Shown: positions 23,501 through 36,100 of the stretch, piece after piece
How positions within the stretch are numbered: the first letter of the stretch is position 1
Layout: each line of letters opens with the position of its first letter
Assembly: GCA_040954595.2 (NCBI GenBank)
Contig: CM082597.2
Coordinates: 3,741,824-3,805,823, forward strand
DNA length: 64,000 bases
Source: Balanoglossus misakiensis
Lineage: Eukaryota; Animalia; Hemichordata
Reading direction: 5' to 3'
Position numbers and translations under genes: made by a program
Notes under the pieces: generated by a model
Told to the model about the DNA's origin: nothing
Database searches by the model: none
What the model saw: the letters and a program-made list of their open reading frames with translations, nothing else

Positions 23501-26500
23501 TTAACCCCCGAGGATTCGGCCATCTACCTCCTGCGTCGCCAGCAGTGCGAGTCAGACGACGCAATCTCAGTAGATGATGCGAAGAAGAGGCTGGAAACCC
23601 TCAAGGAAGAAAACCCTGCAGAATATGAGGCTGTTATGTGGTTAGGAGATGAAGGCGCCTTGCAAGGGCTGCCCCTCGCGCTATTCCAAGCCAGCATGTA
23701 TATTTCAACCTGCAAGGTGAACTTCAAGAAGTACAAAGAGCTGTTCTGTAAGTGCAGATTCGATGTCCTCAGGTGCACGAAGCGAGATCCGTTGGAGGCT
23801 TGGCTGCGGTCGAATGGATTAAAAAGCAAGTTTGGTCCAGCCATTAGAGAGATAGTCCACACCAACACAATCGTGGTGAAGAACTTGACAGACCAGCAGC
23901 TGCAGCAGACGGGCATGGACGCAGGTGAACTGGCAATGTTCAAGCAAGCCTGCCAGGACACCGATATCGGACACTTCGCTCAAATGGTCGACCCAAGCAA
24001 TGAAGACATGCTGACAACCTGGAAGATGAATTACGACCAAGTGTGTTCGTACAAAATCGCCAAAGAGTTCATGCAGCTCTGCTCCTGTCTGTCGTCGCGC
24101 ATCCAAGTGGCCTTACTTGTGGATGGAGTGCACGATCTTAAGGACAGTGACCTTAAGAATCATCTTCTAGCCAAGCACAGGGGTGGCAAAAGTGGGTGTC
24201 AGACAGAAGTCCACGAAAGGGTCCTTGAGCTATACCAGTGTCTCCAGCAGTTTTCCTTCGCCACGATGATCGTAGGGCAGTCGGAGCAATCGCGAGACAA
24301 AAGCGACAAGTCCAACCTGAACAGGCTCGGTGCCTTCACCGTTCCGAATCTGCTGAAAGAGGTGGTCTTCTTGAAGCTCATCAGCAGAGACGAGAAGATC
24401 CGGAGCCTGAACCATGCCCTGAACATGCTGGAGAAACTCTTCCCGAAGATAGAGGACGTGCAGCTGGACAGGATCGACATCCTCTACAGCGAGGCCGTCA
24501 AGGAGTACCATTCCATCATCGCACTGCACACGCTGGCCCTTGCCCACCAAATGGCGTCACTGGAAGAGGATGACGTCACGGACCTGAACAACACAAACCG
24601 TCTCTTCAGTAGTGTCGGCATATACCTACGCCGGCTGGGACGTTTCCGTGATGCGAAGCTGCTCTACAAACTGATGGCGAAATTCAGTAAATGGCGAAAG
24701 CCACCGAGAAATAATGATCTTGCTGAAGGTTTGTTACAGTCCCCGTACAATTTCCAAATGCATTAATTGATCTGTCTAAAGGCCAGTTAAGGAAATCCCC
24801 TTGATGCGATTGGTCAACTTACCCATCGAGTTCAAATTCATGATGGCTGCATGGGGCGTTAGACTTATAGTCAATGTTTTATATCATTCTGTGTGTTTTA
24901 GAGCTGCGTTGTCTGGGAAAGGTCTACTATAACATGAAACAGTTCAGAAAGGCGGAAAACTGCTTCTTGGAAAGTAGGGAACTCTTCACTACTCTGAATG
25001 GAGAAGATCACATTACTGTAGCATATGGTAAGTCACAGTTAAGGTTTGTACTAGAACCTATCCATGTGTAGTGTTGCCAAATTTTCTATAGTATCCATCT
25101 GCTTGTCAGTAGTCACTTCCTCTAATCTTCTTTAGTACTTCTCCAATACATTTCAATGTGACTGTTAAAAAGCCTGTTCAAAAGAAAACAAACCACGTGC
25201 ATCTTGATTCCTTACAGCCAATAATGTTTGATTTCAGTTAACTTCGGTATGATCATAGTTTAGATGACCAGGTATATCTACTTACCTGTTGTCTTTTGTT
25301 TCCAATTGAAGCCATGCAAGGCCTTGGCAGAGTTCTACAGAATGATAAGGACTACATGCAGTCGGAGCAGAACAGGAATGCTGTGGAGAAACTGTTGATG
25401 GACACATTGGCGAAGAAGATTGAGTATTTCAAGACAACTGGGGAGAATGACCACTACAGTATAGCCCATGGTTAGTCGCTTGTATACCAGTACATTGAGT
25501 CATAATGGAAATAAGTTCACTATAATCATAGACAATGAATATGGAAACTTAAAATAAATGTTAGATTAGTTGACGCCATTTCAGGGATTGTGAGCCCAAT
25601 ATTTGTGGAGGGGTGTTAATCCTTACAACCGCTGAGGTCTGGCCAGCAAAACCGCCTAATCTCAAATCTGAGACATTTTAGGACCACTTAAACCGTCCAC
25701 ACATAATAATTTACGCCACTATCTGATCTGAGACGTTTCAGAACCGTCTTAATGGTCCCTGTGTGACCTAATATTGCATTCAATCTCTTTCGTACAGCAA
25801 AACACCAACTTGGTCGATTCTATCAAGACACAGGGGACTGTGCTAAAGCGCACGGCTATCTGCAGGAATCGTTTGACATGATGAGCAAATATTGGGAAAG
25901 AAAGTATGGCACTATAGTGGCTGTCGACGTGGCCATGGGGATGACCAATCTGGCCAGGAATTTCCTGGTGGGAAATGGCGAGACCAGGAATGTTGATAAG
26001 GCGGAAGAACTGCTGGTGAAAGCGGAGAAGATCAAAGTGCAGAGAATGCCGGCTTCAAATGAATCTTACCAATTAGGTAAGTTACTGAATAAATGCATGT
26101 TACGTTATAGTTACGTTATTATATGTGTCCCTGAATAAGCCGGCATGGCAGCATATACTTGACCAATTGCTTGACGCTGTTTGACAGAAGATATCTTTCA
26201 TTTTGTGTCATTTTTGATCGCTATGTGTGTCTGTCGTTGTCACTCCTTCGCTCCAGTAATTTATTACCACGTGATTGTTCTGTATCAGCCATTTTGTTTC
26301 CATCATGCTCCTCGCTCTCTCGCTTCTATCTCATATACACTGTCGTATTCCCTTTGCCGGTAACAGCACTGTACTATCTAGCCACCCTGTACCGAGAGAA
26401 AGGGCAGACGGACAAGTCACAGGAGCACTTTGACAAGATAATACTTCAGGAATATCGCCAGATGCACGTGACGCTCGGCAAGGCAGAAGATACCAAGTTC

Positions 26501-26909
26501 CATGAAGGTACGCTATACGTACACACCGTCAACAAATATGCAAATGTGCCATCTGATCGTGCTTTGTACCTGTACTATGACGTTTAGACAGGATCACGTG
26601 GTGAAGGTACCACACTTTTCCCCACAACGGTATTGAAAACACTCTATTCAAATTTACCCACTATTACTATTAATTCACATGTATCCAATCATAGATTTTC
26701 AGGGGGTGGCACACACGAAAAAAGTACCCCAACACCTGATCATTCAGGGGTGTCGACTTGCATGTGGACAACATGCCTGTTTGCCCACGAGGAATACTGT
26801 ATACCTTGAACTCATGTAAATGTGTATGTCCAGTCACGACTTTGTACAATAACAAGCTTTCTTTTTTCGTTTATCAGTGTACCCACCGGAGAAGACAATT
26901 TGGATGTAA
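20560..26909 (+). CDS. Death domain - STAND NTPase (NB-ARC-like) - TPR protein (Apaf-1/NLR-like architecture) with an internal SAM-like insert; 11 exons, ~1006 aa
   Basis: Exons 20560-20686, 21628-21903, 22101-22235, 22499-22626, 22829-22975, 23258-24728, 24902-25027, 25312-25470, 25798-26076, 26367-26507, 26878-26909 (3021 nt, in frame). The death-fold exon reads AMILKWLEKFKDQASDKLIINALQGMTLYEDA. NTPase motifs: LFTG, Walker A GLGGCGKS, Walker B WLLVIDNA, sensor HILITSR, GLPLA. TPR-like repeats: LGKVYYNMKQFRKAE, HQLGRFYQDTGDCAKA, LYYLATLYREKGQTDKS. The exon 1 and exon 3 boundaries are less certain. Confidence 0.85.
23124..23255. repeat. (CT/CTGT)n pyrimidine microsatellite forming the polypyrimidine tract before the large NB-ARC exon
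   Basis: The run ends at ctctcag|aat (acceptor at 23257). Confidence 0.9.
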
Positions 26910-29900
26910 CAAAAACATCACGTGATGGATGACGATGCATCTCAGGACGTGGCACAACAGCAATGACGTCATTGAAACAAAAGGACAATCGCTATAACAT
27001 TTGAGATTAGTCATATTTTCTTGTTATCAAAACACCTTGTCTTATCATAAGTATTTACTGAAATGCCCACGATTCGACATGCTTGCAAACCTCAATAATA
27101 ATGCATGTACCAGAGAGTATTGAATACTGAAGAGTTTTTACTTCCATTATGTAAAAAAAAATAGAATGATCTGTAGTTGAAGTTTGAACACTGTCATATC
27201 TGCCGTAACATGAAAAACATGTCCACTCCATGCAGTATTCAAATTCACATATGGTGTGGAAAGGGTTTACATGTTACGGGCGTCCAAGTCGTTACACTTT
27301 TTTTGTCTGTTTTACAAAATGGGCAATGCAATATCGTGTTACGGGCATTTCTGAACAATTTATTCCCATCATGTACTTTATGTTGACTAAAAGTTACTTA
27401 ACTTAGCGCATTTACACATGGGAACTACTTCGAGATTTCTTCACATTTTTCTATTTTCTGATTAAAGAGTCTTTAAAGAGAATTTCCTCCATTTTTGTAC
27501 ACGTCAACTTTATCCCGTACTTCATATTGCATTTTCAGTTAAGAGTTATAACGTACACTGCACCTGTTATCTTGGATAATATATGTAGTATTTATCTTCG
27601 CTAATGCGAAATTGTACTTTAAAAACGATTATTATAATGTAGGTGGAGAGAGGAGATGATGACTCTTCATTTGCGTTTCAATAGTGAACTTACCTTTTGA
27701 CGATGAACCCCCTAGCTGGACGACAAAATGATCTGCACGTATCATGAACGTTAACGTTTGTGTATTTTGTTGTCACCATTTATTAATTTACTTTTTGAAG
27801 CATATATAAGCGCAATATACTTCGTGTATAGTTTCTGAGCGTATTTTGAGTGCATTTCGAGTGTATTAAAATACATTTCGTCGTACGAGGTCTCCTTAAC
27901 TCCAGTAGGAGATATTAGGGTGTTAAATATAGTAATATTTCCTTCCTGGGGGACATTTGCTTCGTTATGACATAGCACTGTGTTTGGCAGTTCTCTGTGT
28001 CAGCGCCCTCTGGAGATCGCTTTTGTTCTGTTCAAAACGACAGGTGTTTGTGTAATAGAATGTGTCATTACAGTCGACAATTTGAAAAGAGACTTTTCTA
28101 CATCCGTATCCGTTTCACGTTTTCATTAAATGTGACTTATTTGCACCAATATTCTACGTTGTGTCGTTCAGTATATTTTGATCATGTCTGTCGGCTATGT
28201 GGTAGAAAGGCTTCGTGTGGCAGTCAGTGAAGGGTATCGTCGCTATGGGGACAACCGGGGGAAAGAAACCACTGATGAAACTAGTTAACTCGAGGCACAG
28301 AGTTCGCATAACGGGTTTAACCCCCTGGTATATGCCAGTGCCCTTTTTGACAGATCTCTGTCAAGCGGAGAAGAATAGCCAGCGCCGCGGGAGACCAGTT
28401 CTTCTTCCCCGTAGGCATTGTTCTCAGCGCATAGCGAAACGCCGTCCATTGTTCCCTCTCTCTGTTGTACCCGTGTTGACACGTACTCGATATAATCACT
28501 TACACTGAGATTGGTGGTTGGCTCAATGCCCTGTGTTGTCTGAAATACAAAGAGTTCTGTGCAGGTATGGTGTGCGTGGCGTTCACAACAATGAGCGACG
28601 TCGTGCCTTGCAGTGTTTTCGGATGCATCATTCTTGAAACCCGATAGCGAGGATTTGAAATATCTTAATCAGGTCATTTGAGTTTGTCTACATAATTGTC
28701 TGATGTCAAAGAACTGTCTTTATTTAAAATATAAACCCCGGGGTTTCATGTTTTGTTGTCTGAAAACAGTGGGGAAAATACCAAGGCTGATGTACAATTA
28801 TATCATCTGTACGCTCCCAGTCAACGCCTGTGGATAGCCTTTCAGCGTTGCTGGTGTAAATGACTAAAATTAACACAGTTTGTCTTCTTGTCGTCGACCG
28901 ACCATCCGATGAAAAACTCAAAGCCGGTAGCGTCCTGGAACTTTATCCTTGTAATATTCGTGCAACAGATAATACTTTGTCAATGTAACCACATGATGCC
29001 ATTGGCTAGAACCTAAGTAATCATCTGATATACCTCTGCCCTGACTGGAACTCTATAGACAATGCTTACACTGGATTGTATGACACTGTCGCTCTACATG
29101 GTTTTGGAACGGGGCCGAAATAAATGGCGTTTCTGACATAGCCAATCGGCGCCCCGGGTGACGCTAAATGCAAGCAGTGTGTTTGACAGAAAATATTCTT
29201 GAACAATGACGGTCTGGTCTGGTTATTTAAATACACCACAATATGTGCGAATATCAAAGGTGTGAGCGCCCTCTAATGAAAAAATACCAATCATCTGCAG
29301 CTGTGTGCTTTATTCATGTGGTATTTTGCCATTTGCATGTAAAAGCAGTTTCGAACATCCATGAAAATTTATTCCCGTTGGTTAACTTTACACTGTGGTA
29401 GCGCATGCATTTGGGTTTCATTTTAAGTTTTTACCGTTGTCATTTCAGAGCTGACATGTCAACCCCGCGAACAAGTTTCCACTATCCGTTGACTGGTAGA
29501 GAAATTGATTGAAAGGGTTTTAAACGACTTCGGGTCAAAGGTCGATTTTGATGTACGCGTGGATTTTAATCGCAGAAATTGCGGCCTTTTAGGTGATATT
29601 AAATGCTTGGAGGAATCGTCGGCTGGCAGTTGAATTCCGCTCGGTCTGGAAGTTTATGTTTGCGCGGCTGTGAATGAAAGTGTAGGCAGTATCGTCTGTC
29701 GGTGTTGGAATGTTGTGCGGGCGTTCCTCGCGCAGTTGATAGCGCAGCTTGTGGGGCTGGACGCCGACGCGTACGCGCGCGTGCGTGAATCATTACTTAC
29801 ACCAAACACAGGGAAGTCGGGATAGCTGATCACAACTTTCGCGAACGCGGTGTTCCTCGTCATCCCGTGTCTCCGTGCGAGCGGAAGAAAGATACCGCCA

Positions 29901-30142
29901 ACGGACAGTTATTTTTATAGTCAGTCGGACACTGTTTCTCAAACGGGAGTTCCATTGTTTTGTTACCTCCGCAGTGATACATACAGAGCGATCTGCGTAA
30001 CCACTGGGAAATTCTAAGGGCCTCTCCACATAGTCGAGTTCGCATTGTGTTACATTGTACGCCGCTGACTACAGTGATCGCAACGCCAATCGATACAGCT
30101 AATCGACTTTTCTTCATGTCGCCTTGGTCCTAATCTACAGAC

Positions 30143-33100
30143 ATGACTTCTCGAGCAAACACGGATACTTCACGACCAGGAATGACAGCTTTGACGATTT
30201 GGGTGACTTACGTGGTTCTGACGTCGCAAGGTAAGTTTTTTTTTTTGGGTGACGATCTGAAAGCACATCCCCGTGTGTACACATCGCGTTGGTATTGTAC
30301 ATTTCATGTGCGCGTATATTTCAATGAGCGCTCTGGCCAGTAGATGGTCCCAATGTTTGTACTGCGTCTTTCCTATTGTTGTCGTGAAAACGACATTTGT
30401 TGAAACGCCAGCTCGGGAATTTGTAATCGTCACACTCAGACATACATCAAAGGGATATTTTGTTTGATTGTTAATCCTGTACACTGCCTACCCTTGTTTT
30501 TCCGACCTAACCCGAGAAAGCCAGTTTTCAACACAACACTCATAACAATCTACCACAGTTTTTTTTAAACGATTTCTGATCGCGTTGTGTGATATCGATT
30601 TTAATACCTACCAAATGTTTAGGTGATTTGATCTGATGTGGGACTAAACATCTCTCGTATCTCGAGCGAAATTATCTAACTCATTTTCTAATATTTCAAC
30701 GACACGAACCAGTTTTTAACACTATACAAAAAACTAGCACAGTTTTTAATGATCTCTGATTGAGTTGTGTGATATCGATTTTACTCGTACTGAACAATGT
30801 TTGGTTGTTTTTGCTGTGGCGTGTTACTATATGATCGCTCGTATCTCGAACGAAATCGTCACATTCTCAATAATTTGAAAAGATTATGCATGACGTGAAT
30901 ATAGCGGACTTGTTTGTTGGTTAGTGTGAGACGTGAAGGCGAGTGTCAAATTATTTGACAGGTTCAGTTAAATCCCACCTGTACAGGCTACAATGTACTC
31001 CCACCGGTACGACAATTCATTAGGCAATTATGCTAATTGACGATCGGGGCGCAGTCGGTAAAGAGACGCGGACCGATCCGCTTGCCACGTACTCAGCGCG
31101 AGGGACTTTATCGCCGACGGGCCTTCAGTCATGTCACACAGACTATTAATTTCCGCTAGCTCAGTAAAATATCTCCGTGTATAGAACAAATTACCCGTTC
31201 ATCATGTTTGCTGTGACTCGATCAGGGACAGGAACAGAATGACAACTGCAATGGGCGGTTTATCTTGATGGATTGCTTGTGCGTCGATCGCAAACAACTT
31301 TAGTCAACTTCTTCGCTATATGTAACCGCGGCGTACATGTATGTTCATCGGCGCCTACGTGAACTATCCCGGTCTGAATTCAAAGCATGTCCGGTCTATA
31401 ATTCTTAATCATTTCCTCGTCCTCCGCCAGGAATAAGCAATTAGTGGATCTTATCACTTCCCAGCACACAAAAAAATACCCCCGATGCTTGACATCACGA
31501 CTATGGATGACATTTCATCGGCAACAATTTGTACAGCACGCGGCCGGAGCGATTTCTCAATGCCGCTACGTATTCCTGTAGTAATCATGAACCAATTTGG
31601 CATAAGGGGGAAACGGAGACATCTGCCAAGTTATACCAGCTAGATTAATTCGATGAAACATGTGTACGCGGTGGTTAGTTCGTGAGTTGAATATCGTATG
31701 CACTTTAAACGACGTTCGCCATTTGTGTGAAATAGTCGGATTGGTGTCGCTGTCAGATATTTTTAATCTTTTCTAACGTTCTGTGGGGAGTATGTTTGAC
31801 CTGGGCATACTCTTAGTATGTATCTGTATACATGTACTATGCATGTAAATGTACCGGACTCAATGAGCTGCTAAGCGGTATTGTGTAATTCTTGCGTTGT
31901 ATGCAAAACCGCTGTCTTTACGTATGCTCACAAATGGAAAAGTCGCTCGCCAGTACGCTGCTAATAGTTTCTGTGCCCGCTGCGCTCATTACATAACGGA
32001 ACGACAGACAAGGGACGGCGTACTGTCTAAAGAATTCGGGGTTGGTCGGCCGTTCAACGCACTGCTGAAACACATTGTCAAAGAAGACAGCAAATTCAGA
32101 CCCCCGTACCACAGACACTGAAAACCACCGTGTATACCGACTCTCCCTAACCCAATTCTTTATCAGACACCAATTCATAACTTTACCAGAATAACCAGAG
32201 ATGCATGGCACAAATACTTTTTTCGATCACGTGGACAACTCGAGTCGATAGGGCAAATAGCGGCAGTAATTCATAACAGAAAACTGGACCCGCGACCCGA
32301 AAAGCTTGCGGCTAATAAGTATCGAAATCCACAACCTTTCCACGGGAATAGAGTTTATAATATCAAGTTTCAGATAAATCGTCCTTCGAAGCGTTCCAAA
32401 GCTTGCCATAATTAGACCTGGAAAAGCAACCCCATGCATGGATGGATGGAGAACGTGAATCTGTTTTCGAATTGATGCCACGTCAACCTCGGTACATGAT
32501 CCCCTGCGCCAACTGCAGTGTGGGTGGGTGACCCTCGGGGGAAGGGGTAAAGGGCCATGCATTATTACCAGCGCAAACTTTTTGAGCCGGCGACGTTTTT
32601 TTCGATTGTTTCAGTAAGGGCTGCCTTTTATTATAGCGGGCAGACAGACTAGCTTCCCCGGGGAGAATGCGATGTAGGTACACTACTTTCACGGTCTCGT
32701 TGCACAATGAAAGCGTGTACGAGGATCTAAAGACGATGGGACGCAGGGGCATGAAAGCGCCCCACCGGTTTACAACAGGGGAGTCAGTTACATAAAGTTT
32801 GGCCTCACGCGGCGCTTTAACATAACACCGAACAACGTCCTGGTGAGGTCGTGTCCTTGGCGGGGGGACATCGTGCAGAAGGGAAAGACAGTTGTGATGT
32901 TGAATTACGTGATGTGTGTGGGGTTTTGTGGGCAAGATCACTGTTTCAATTGAGACTTCGGTCCACTCAAATTGCCTCGCGTCCGCGTCCTTCAGCGTGC
33001 TGCGTCTCACACAGACGCGGACGCATACCTCCCTATGATCGACGCATTTAGCAAGTTCCAAGTTTATTTATAGACAAGTGCTCTCTGTCGCTTGTCGTGA

Positions 33101-36100
33101 TTGGTAGAGAACCGTACAAATTGATCCCACAACGAAAAAACAAAAGCATTTTGTCACGTTTTAGCGATGAATAATTATTGCACTTGCTACTGTACGTACA
33201 TAGAGTCTACGTTGTACATATCGTGAGTGAAGTCAGAGGAGATAGGTATATCTTTATTGCGTATATTCTCAACGAAACGTCACACTATAGTGCAGATCGT
33301 TTTCAGTCCGTAGCACTCAAATCGACACTTCCCTGATTGTTGATTTTACACGCGTGTCACCGACCAATAAGATCCATTCCAACACTTCGCGCTCGACTGC
33401 CCTTGATTGGATTAAAGTGCGCGAGCCTTTTGACGCGGGCGCGCGACGAATTAGAAGATGTCGATTTCACGACGGAAGTACAGTGACACGGAGTCGGTTA
33501 CCGATCTGTCATTGAGCCGACGCCGCGACAATCGCAACTTCCTACCCCTGCATTTCTTGCGAATTCCTCGCCTAGCTGCGATATCGACAGGGGCATTGTT
33601 TGCTCGTAATGGCATCAATAAAACTTGTATATTACCGGCAAGGGAACACTGAAAGACGCGTGCTAGCAAAAACAAAGCGTGGACCCAACACCGCGACAGA
33701 ACGTAACAGTAGAAATTTATTAAATTATCATGTTCATTCGTTTATGTAAATTATCGTTTTGCTATTTTAAAACGCGTCGGGATGATGTGATACACGGAAA
33801 GGTTTCATCATTGTAGACAATTTATATTTATAATGGATAGATTGTTTGATTGTTGAATAGATTGACAAAAAAAAATATTTTCTGAGTGTCGGCCAGTAGA
33901 GTGCTGTAGAATAGAACGAAAGAATTTGCATTCTGCACTGTGTTCTGGTCGTCGACGTCACTATTTTCTTTATTTAAGCACAACGTTTCGTCTGATTTTT
34001 CTGGTTCAAAATTATTGTGTATTCTGTTTGCTGATAAAAACATCGTACAAGCAGGCGATTAACTTGCACAAACCATCAGTGGAACCAGGCATTCATTATT
34101 GTAATATCTCGCTGACAGCCACCATCATCAGCCGTGTGCAAACAAACTTCTCCAACCCCTCAACATTTCCATATCATACGCCGACGAGATTACCTGTAAT
34201 GTCATGATCTCTGAGATACTCATCTTATCAGCTAAACCAATCAGACCGCTTAACGACGAAAATAGCCACGAAATCCGTATTCTTGTAAGATTGATCGCAC
34301 TACTTATTGCAGAAAAAGTACATAATGCAGTTTCACCTCGGCAAGGTCTGGGCAGCGAAAGTAATTATCTAACGGACTATCGTTTGATATCTGCAATTTG
34401 CGAGCCCGGCCGCTTACACCATTCTGCAGTGTACATGTAGCGGTAATTATGATATGGTAAAACAAAACACCCATCCAGAGAAAATTTGGACAGCTGTGGG
34501 TCTGCGTTTGGCTTTCAAGTGAGACAATAGGATCAGAATAATTAACGTTGGTGTTAATTGCTGATGGTGTGATCTTCAATTGATTACCGAGAAAAGTCAT
34601 CAGCATCATATCGATGTCGCGAATATGCAGATGAGCTGACAAGCAAATCGACACTTATTCACCTTCAAGTTTCGCCGTCAGCAAACGTAAGATATCGTGA
34701 AGATCAGGCAGCGATAAACGTTTAGCAAACCGTGCAGAAAGTGTTAATGCTTTCATCAAATTTGATTGCCATTAGGCAGAACCACGAGGAAAGTAATTAC
34801 ACGAACTTTCCCTTCTTTTATTGGAACAGTTCATTAAATTAAAAAATAAGGCTGGATGTAAATCGTGAAAGTGGTCGGTTATGTAACACAACAACAGCCT
34901 GAGTCAACGACCAACGGAGAGTTTTTGTGCAGAATGAATTGTAGTCGGTCGTGTACAACAAGATGGCTCACTGAACCTCTATCCAAATTTATGTGACAGA
35001 TATCGCCGTAAATCTTTACTTCTTCATAATTTCTGACTGTTTTGCACCAGCTGGTTTTAATCAATGTTATGTCCACACAACTGGTCCAAAATGAAGGTCT
35101 GAAGTTGTAGAATTTTCTCTGAAATCACTTTGTTTTGACGGAAATGCACGACAGCGGATCAACTCTGACTAAGCGGATTTTAATTAAGACGGTGTTTGTT
35201 GTGCGCATGATTCAAAACACAGACTTGCCTGTGTTCAAAACACGCTTTGCAATTCAATGCCACATTCCCGTCAAGTCTGAATACCAGTAATCTCTCCGTA
35301 GGAGACATCAAATTCCTCGCAAGATTATCCAATTCATCGTCGATGGTCTGTCTGTAGCTGGCGTAAACAAATTCGTTGCAGTTCATTATTTTTCGCCTGT
35401 CGCACTTTGTTTTGGTAAACTTATTCCAATGTAGGCCTAAGTACGTGTATACGAATTTCCCCCGTCACAAGTCCCTGCTTTCTTATATCAAGCTCTGGCA
35501 TCTTTCAATGTGTTGTTGCACCATACCTAAACCACCACCTATATGATGTGTTCCGTTCTGTAGATATTTTTCCCGACTGTGTCTGTTAGGCAGTACGTCC
35601 CTATCTCCCTCTCTTTCCCTTGTACCATCGACTCCTCACGTTCACCCCGGGGTCTGTCTCACTGCCACCCGCCACCTGTCTTTACCACAACCACTCGCCA
35701 CGTTGGTCGGTTCCTCCCCCATGCTACAGGTTGCTATGCTACTAAAATGCCAACGAACCCGGCCGAATTCCGTATCGATTTTTCCCCTTTTCAACAAATA
35801 AAGCGAAAGCACACATCTGATGCTGTCACAGCCAAAATTCATCAAATTCCCCTCCATTCCCCAAAGTAGAACATGCAAAGCATTAAACTCCTTCGCTCGG
35901 TTATGTACGTCACGCATTTTTGATTATTTGCAGAAAACCTGATCGATTCTCAAATTCAAATAAACTCTTCAACGGTCGGCTCGTTTCGATTAAAGTACTT
36001 TGCATTCTTCCGTGCCTATTTTACTCGTGACCTCGGCGCGTAACGACGGCGATTGTCACTCCGTTAAAATACGCCCGCATTCTCACCTGCTCCGAGATTT

